DNA from: Promethearchaeota archaeon
GTDB lineage: Archaea > Asgardarchaeota > Lokiarchaeia > Sigyniarchaeales > SOKP01
DNA length: 64,000 nucleotides
Reading direction: 5' to 3'
Assembly (NCBI GenBank): GCA_048938025.1
Contig: JBHLMP010000001.1
Span: 22,291 to 86,290, forward strand
Shown: positions 60,236-64,000 of the stretch, one piece after another
Position numbering within the stretch: the stretch's first letter is position 1
How the letters are laid out: each line of letters begins with the position of its first letter
Translations under genes and position numbers: made by a program
The notes under the pieces: generated by a model
The model's input: the letters and a program-made list of their open reading frames with translations, nothing else
The model's database searches: none
Told to the model about the DNA's origin: nothing

Positions 60236-60964
60236 TTAAAATTTTACTTCTGGGAAAACACGAATCTGTAGAAAAGATAAAATCATAACGATAGCGTTGA
60301 AAACAATTATAATTAAAATCATGATTATTAAAATCCTATTTTTTCTAGAATACTTTGGTTTTATAATTTGAGATGTTCCATGTTTTGCTAAAGCTAAAGG
60401 AAACAAACCTATAAACGTACCTAGTGAAAAATAAAAAACAATAAAAAGGCCATCAATAAATCCAAAATCGGCACTTAATGAATATTGCAAAGCCTGAGAA
60501 TAAATGATCAACTCAAAAATACATGGAGCAAATCCAGCTAAGATTCCAAAAAGATATGGGGTTTTCTTTTTTTCCCAATCAAACTGAAAAATCTCATCTA
60601 TGTGTTTTGAATGAGGTAGATAATCTCTTCTCATAATAAAAAATAATAAAATAAATCCTGCAAACATCGAGGTAACTGCTCCAAAAAAATTAATTGTATA
60701 AACATCAGGAATTATATCAGGAACAAAAATTTTTGGAATAAGAGTAATAGAAATTGTTATTGTCGCTATTATTAAATTGGAGGACATCAAACCTAACCCA
60801 TACAACACTAATATGAATACACTTCTTTTGGGTGTTTTTGATATACCAAATGACCAAAAAAAGAAAATTGCCTTATCTTCACATGGTATAAAAGTATGCA
60901 ATATTCCTAAAAGGAATGCAGGTGTAAAAACTAAGATTAATGGAGGCGGATAAAATTCAAACAT
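60236..60964 (-). CDS. NicO/UreH/DsbD_2-like membrane protein (putative metal transporter)
   Basis: FLLGILHTFIPCED, GILAGFAPC, FSLGT; about 6 TM. Confidence 0.7.
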   Translation of the reverse strand: MFEFYPPPLILVFTPAFLLGILHTFIPCEDKAIFFFWSFGISKTPKRSVFILVLYGLGLMSSNLIIATITISITLIPKIFVPDIIPDVYTINFFGAVTSMFAGFILLFFIMRRDYLPHSKHIDEIFQFDWEKKKTPYLFGILAGFAPCIFELIIYSQALQYSLSADFGFIDGLFIVFYFSLGTFIGLFPLALAKHGTSQIIKPKYSRKNRILIIMILIIIVFNAIVMILSFLQIRVFPEVKF

Positions 60965-61083
60965 TTCTCTTATGAAGATTCAATTTTTCAATTATTATAG
61001 CATTTTCTTTTCTGTGAATATATTTTCAATGATCATATTTAGAATTTTTTATTATATTAAAAGGAACTTCATAATCACAACTC

Positions 61084-62355
61084 TCAATCTCTTTTTAAGC
61101 ATTGTTTACTTATTCCATAAAATATTAAAATTAGGAAAAAAGTAGGGACAAAATTAATTGGAAACCAATCTTGAATAAGAAACCATATTCCCATAAAAGT
61201 CAAATCAAAAAAAATTAAGAAAAAGAAACTAGGTTTAATAAAATTTTTTGTTATTTCAGAATGTCGTGGTAAGTTAAATATTATTATAATTAAGATTGGC
61301 GTTAGAATTAAGAGATGATGATCCCAGGAATCAAAATAAGCAATAAGCATAATTAAAATGCCAAAAGAATATCCAAAAATTAAATTTTCAGAATTTGATT
61401 TACCAAAAATATAAATAAAGAAACCTAATCCTCCTGTAATCAATAAAACACTTAAAAATATAAATAATTGATAATTTAATAGTTGTTCCTCTGAAAAACC
61501 AAATAAAAATAAGAGATTTTCTATAATTTTTGTAGCACTAAAAGAATGATTTATGTAAACTGTATCCTCTCCGGTAAAATTAATTGCTATAAAGCCTTTT
61601 AATAGGGAAGGATAGATTAAAAATATAAAAAGATTTAGAGATAAGGGCAATAAAACGCCTAAAATACGTATTAATGTATTTAAAAAATTGATATTCAAAT
61701 TCTTTTTTTTAAAATCATAATTGATCGCAATTAGGAATGGAATCATAAAAATAGTTATTGGCTTTACAATTATACTAATTCCAAGAATTAAACTTGCGAT
61801 AAATTGCCATTTAATTTGATCATATTTGAGGTAAATCAGAAGAGATAATAATATTAAAAGTGTAATATAGAGATTGATTTGACCTAAAATATAATTAAAA
61901 AGATTAGGTACACTCATTAAAAATAAGCTAATATATAATATAACTCTTTTATCATCAATTTCATGATCTTCACCCCTAATTAAAATAATTATTTTATAAA
62001 GGATAATACAGATTAAGATATTTAGAAGTAAATTAACTAAATTGAAAAATACGAACCCTAAGTCAAAACCAAGTAGATAAAAAGGAATAAATAGGACAGC
62101 AGATAATGGAAAATACCGAAATGGCCAAGTACTATAATTTGTTCGATCATAAAGGCCATTAATATCATTTATAAATACTTTCCCAACTGTATAATAAACT
62201 CGAAAATCATTTCTATCTCTAAAGAAAATTAACGTTAAGATCAATGCCAATATAAAATAAGATATATGAACTACTAAAGCATATTTAAATATCTTATATT
62301 GCCATAATTCTTTAAATCTTTTTTTAATTTTAATTAAAAATGGCTTCAAATTCAT
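61084..62355 (-). CDS. GT87 / DUF2029 (GT-C) polyprenyl-phosphate-sugar glycosyltransferase
   Basis: NDFRVYY, PFRYFPLSA, GQIN, SIIVKP, NHS, WDHH; multi-TM. Confidence 0.82.
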   Translation of the reverse strand: MNLKPFLIKIKKRFKELWQYKIFKYALVVHISYFILALILTLIFFRDRNDFRVYYTVGKVFINDINGLYDRTNYSTWPFRYFPLSAVLFIPFYLLGFDLGFVFFNLVNLLLNILICIILYKIIILIRGEDHEIDDKRVILYISLFLMSVPNLFNYILGQINLYITLLILLSLLIYLKYDQIKWQFIASLILGISIIVKPITIFMIPFLIAINYDFKKKNLNINFLNTLIRILGVLLPLSLNLFIFLIYPSLLKGFIAINFTGEDTVYINHSFSATKIIENLLFLFGFSEEQLLNYQLFIFLSVLLITGGLGFFIYIFGKSNSENLIFGYSFGILIMLIAYFDSWDHHLLILTPILIIIIFNLPRHSEITKNFIKPSFFFLIFFDLTFMGIWFLIQDWFPINFVPTFFLILIFYGISKQCLKRD

Positions 62356-62376
62356 GCTATACTTATCAGATATTAA

Positions 62377-63129
62377 TTATAAGTTAATCTTCATTCTTCT
62401 TTTTCTTATGATATAAAATATAATACCAAGAGAAAATATAACTGCTAAAATTATTAATGTTGGAATTACATACCAAGGCAAGTAATCAAGGGAAATGTCA
62501 AGTACTACCTCATTATCCTTAATATATAGTTTATAGGAATTTAACGCTCCATTATCATTATAAATAGCAATAATTTTAATATTTTTAGTTGGATTTCCTG
62601 GTAATATCTCATTCTTTCCTATTTCTACATTTAATGTGGGTAATACCCTATTATCAACATTATACCATTTATATAGATTTAATCCTCCCATATATTCACC
62701 TACAGGTGTAGGAAACCAGAATGGTACTAAGGATTTATAATTTGAGAAATTTAATACTCCAGAGTAATCCTTTGGATTAGAACGATAAACTATTGTAGAA
62801 TTACTATCGTTAATTCCCCAGTCTACTTCATTTGTCCACTTCCAAATACTAAATTCTATTTTTATATGCGTTTCATTAACCTCTGATTTATTTATCTCCC
62901 ACTTCATTTTTGTACCTTTACTTATATTTTCAAATATACCTGGGTCATCCCATTCCATACCAAAAATAGCATCCATCTCAGATCTTTTACATACATTACA
63001 TTTCCATACTAATTTATCATCTATTCCTATTCCAGTGCTAAATTTGGCAGCATTTACCATAGATATATTTGTTGTCATGCACGATAAAATTATTAATATT
63101 AAGCAGATGAGAGGCAATCTTGGTTTCAA
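62377..63129 (-). CDS. Exported protein with signal peptide and C-terminal TM anchor
   Basis: N-terminal hydrophobic signal; C-terminal VIPTLIILAVIFSLGIIFYII-RKRR. Confidence 0.65.
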   Translation of the reverse strand: MKPRLPLICLILIILSCMTTNISMVNAAKFSTGIGIDDKLVWKCNVCKRSEMDAIFGMEWDDPGIFENISKGTKMKWEINKSEVNETHIKIEFSIWKWTNEVDWGINDSNSTIVYRSNPKDYSGVLNFSNYKSLVPFWFPTPVGEYMGGLNLYKWYNVDNRVLPTLNVEIGKNEILPGNPTKNIKIIAIYNDNGALNSYKLYIKDNEVVLDISLDYLPWYVIPTLIILAVIFSLGIIFYIIRKRRMKINL

Positions 63130-63132
63130 AAT

Positions 63133-64000
63133 TTAAAATCCTCCCTTTATATCAATATTTAAACTATCTCTTTTCTTTGCCAAACATGCTTTACTTATTC
63201 CATAGAAAGTTATTAACAAAAAAATAGTACATTCAAAATTATATGGAAATAATGGATATGTAAGATACCATATTCCAACGAAAGCTAAATCAAAAAAACT
63301 AAAGAAGAAAAAACCAGGTTTAATAGAGTTAGTAATATGTGAATGTCTAGGTAAATTAAAAATAATTATTATTAATATTGGTGTTAAATTTAGAAGGTGA
63401 TGATCCCAGGAATCAAAATACGAAAGTAACATAATTAAAATAGCAAATGCATAACCATAAATAATTGAATTTTCGTCAAATCTTCTAAATATGAAAATTA
63501 GGAAACCTAATGCACCTAAAAATCCAATAATGCTTATTAGTATGATTAATTGACTAAATGGGATGTTGTAAAAATAGCAAAAATTAGTTATAAGTTTGGA
63601 AATACTATATGAGAAATTTAAGGCTATAGGATTACTTCCTGTAAAGTTAGTTTCTAAAAAGCCTTTCCATGATTTTGGGTATATAAAAAAAACTATAAAA
63701 TTCAATGACAGTGGTAATAATACACCTAATAATCTTACCGTACTTTTAATAAAATCAAACCGAAACTGTTTTTTGTTTAAATCAAAACTAAATATAATTA
63801 AAAATGGAATTAAGAAAAATGCTGTAGGTTTTATAATAATACTGATTCCTAAAATAACACTTCCTATAAATTGCCACTTAATACTTTTAAATTTAATAAA
63901 AATATAAAGAGATATTAATATAAATAAGGTTATATATAAATTTATTTGACCATAGATATAATTTAAGACATGTGGTAAGCTCATTAAATACAAACTAATA
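63133..64000 (-). CDS. GT87 / DUF2029 glycosyltransferase paralogue (5' end beyond window)
   Basis: GQINLYITL, KWQFI...SIIIKP, YFDSWDHHLL, IIFNLPRHS; closely similar to 61084..62355. Confidence 0.82.
   Translation of the reverse strand, partial: ISLYLMSLPHVLNYIYGQINLYITLFILISLYIFIKFKSIKWQFIGSVILGISIIIKPTAFFLIPFLIIFSFDLNKKQFRFDFIKSTVRLLGVLLPLSLNFIVFFIYPKSWKGFLETNFTGSNPIALNFSYSISKLITNFCYFYNIPFSQLIILISIIGFLGALGFLIFIFRRFDENSIIYGYAFAILIMLLSYFDSWDHHLLNLTPILIIIIFNLPRHSHITNSIKPGFFFFSFFDLAFVGIWYLTYPLFPYNFECTIFLLITFYGISKACLAKKRDSLNIDIKGGF

Noticed and set aside
710-63907. Many short antisense or alternative-frame ORFs in the supplied track (for example 710..913, 6003..6296, 14705..15118, 35424..35774, 47372..47779, 54507..54875)
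   Set aside because: They overlap well-supported genes and carry no recognisable motifs; they are shadow ORFs

Overview
An AT-rich archaeal chromosome segment, most likely Asgard (Lokiarchaeia/Promethearchaeota). The assignment rests on SepCysS, an Sm protein-rpL37e pair, proteasome beta, aCPSF1, archaeal SepF, an EF-2 paralogue lacking the diphthamide HRG motif, and several eukaryotic-signature-like proteins: Roadblock, two longin/DENN-like proteins, an IFT52/GIFT-like protein and a UFL1/PCI-like winged-helix multidomain protein. I see about 60 CDSs and three tRNA genes: Leu-TAA with two non-canonical introns, Gly-CCC with a D-arm intron, and Gln-CTG with C33. I found no rRNA, CRISPR array or transposase. 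Highlights are (1) an inositol-polyphosphate locus (INO1, four ITPK1-like ATP-grasp kinases and a HAD phosphatase with a polybasic tail); (2) a CorA/RMD1-like 2-TM protein fused to an ADP-ribose-type Nudix domain, a candidate 'chanzyme'; (3) two unannotated structured intergenic RNA candidates (50495-50592 and 56258-56431); (4) at least three genes that appear to start at ATT; (5) tRNA introns at unusual positions flanked by short direct repeats. All family calls come from motif recognition by eye. No searches were run.
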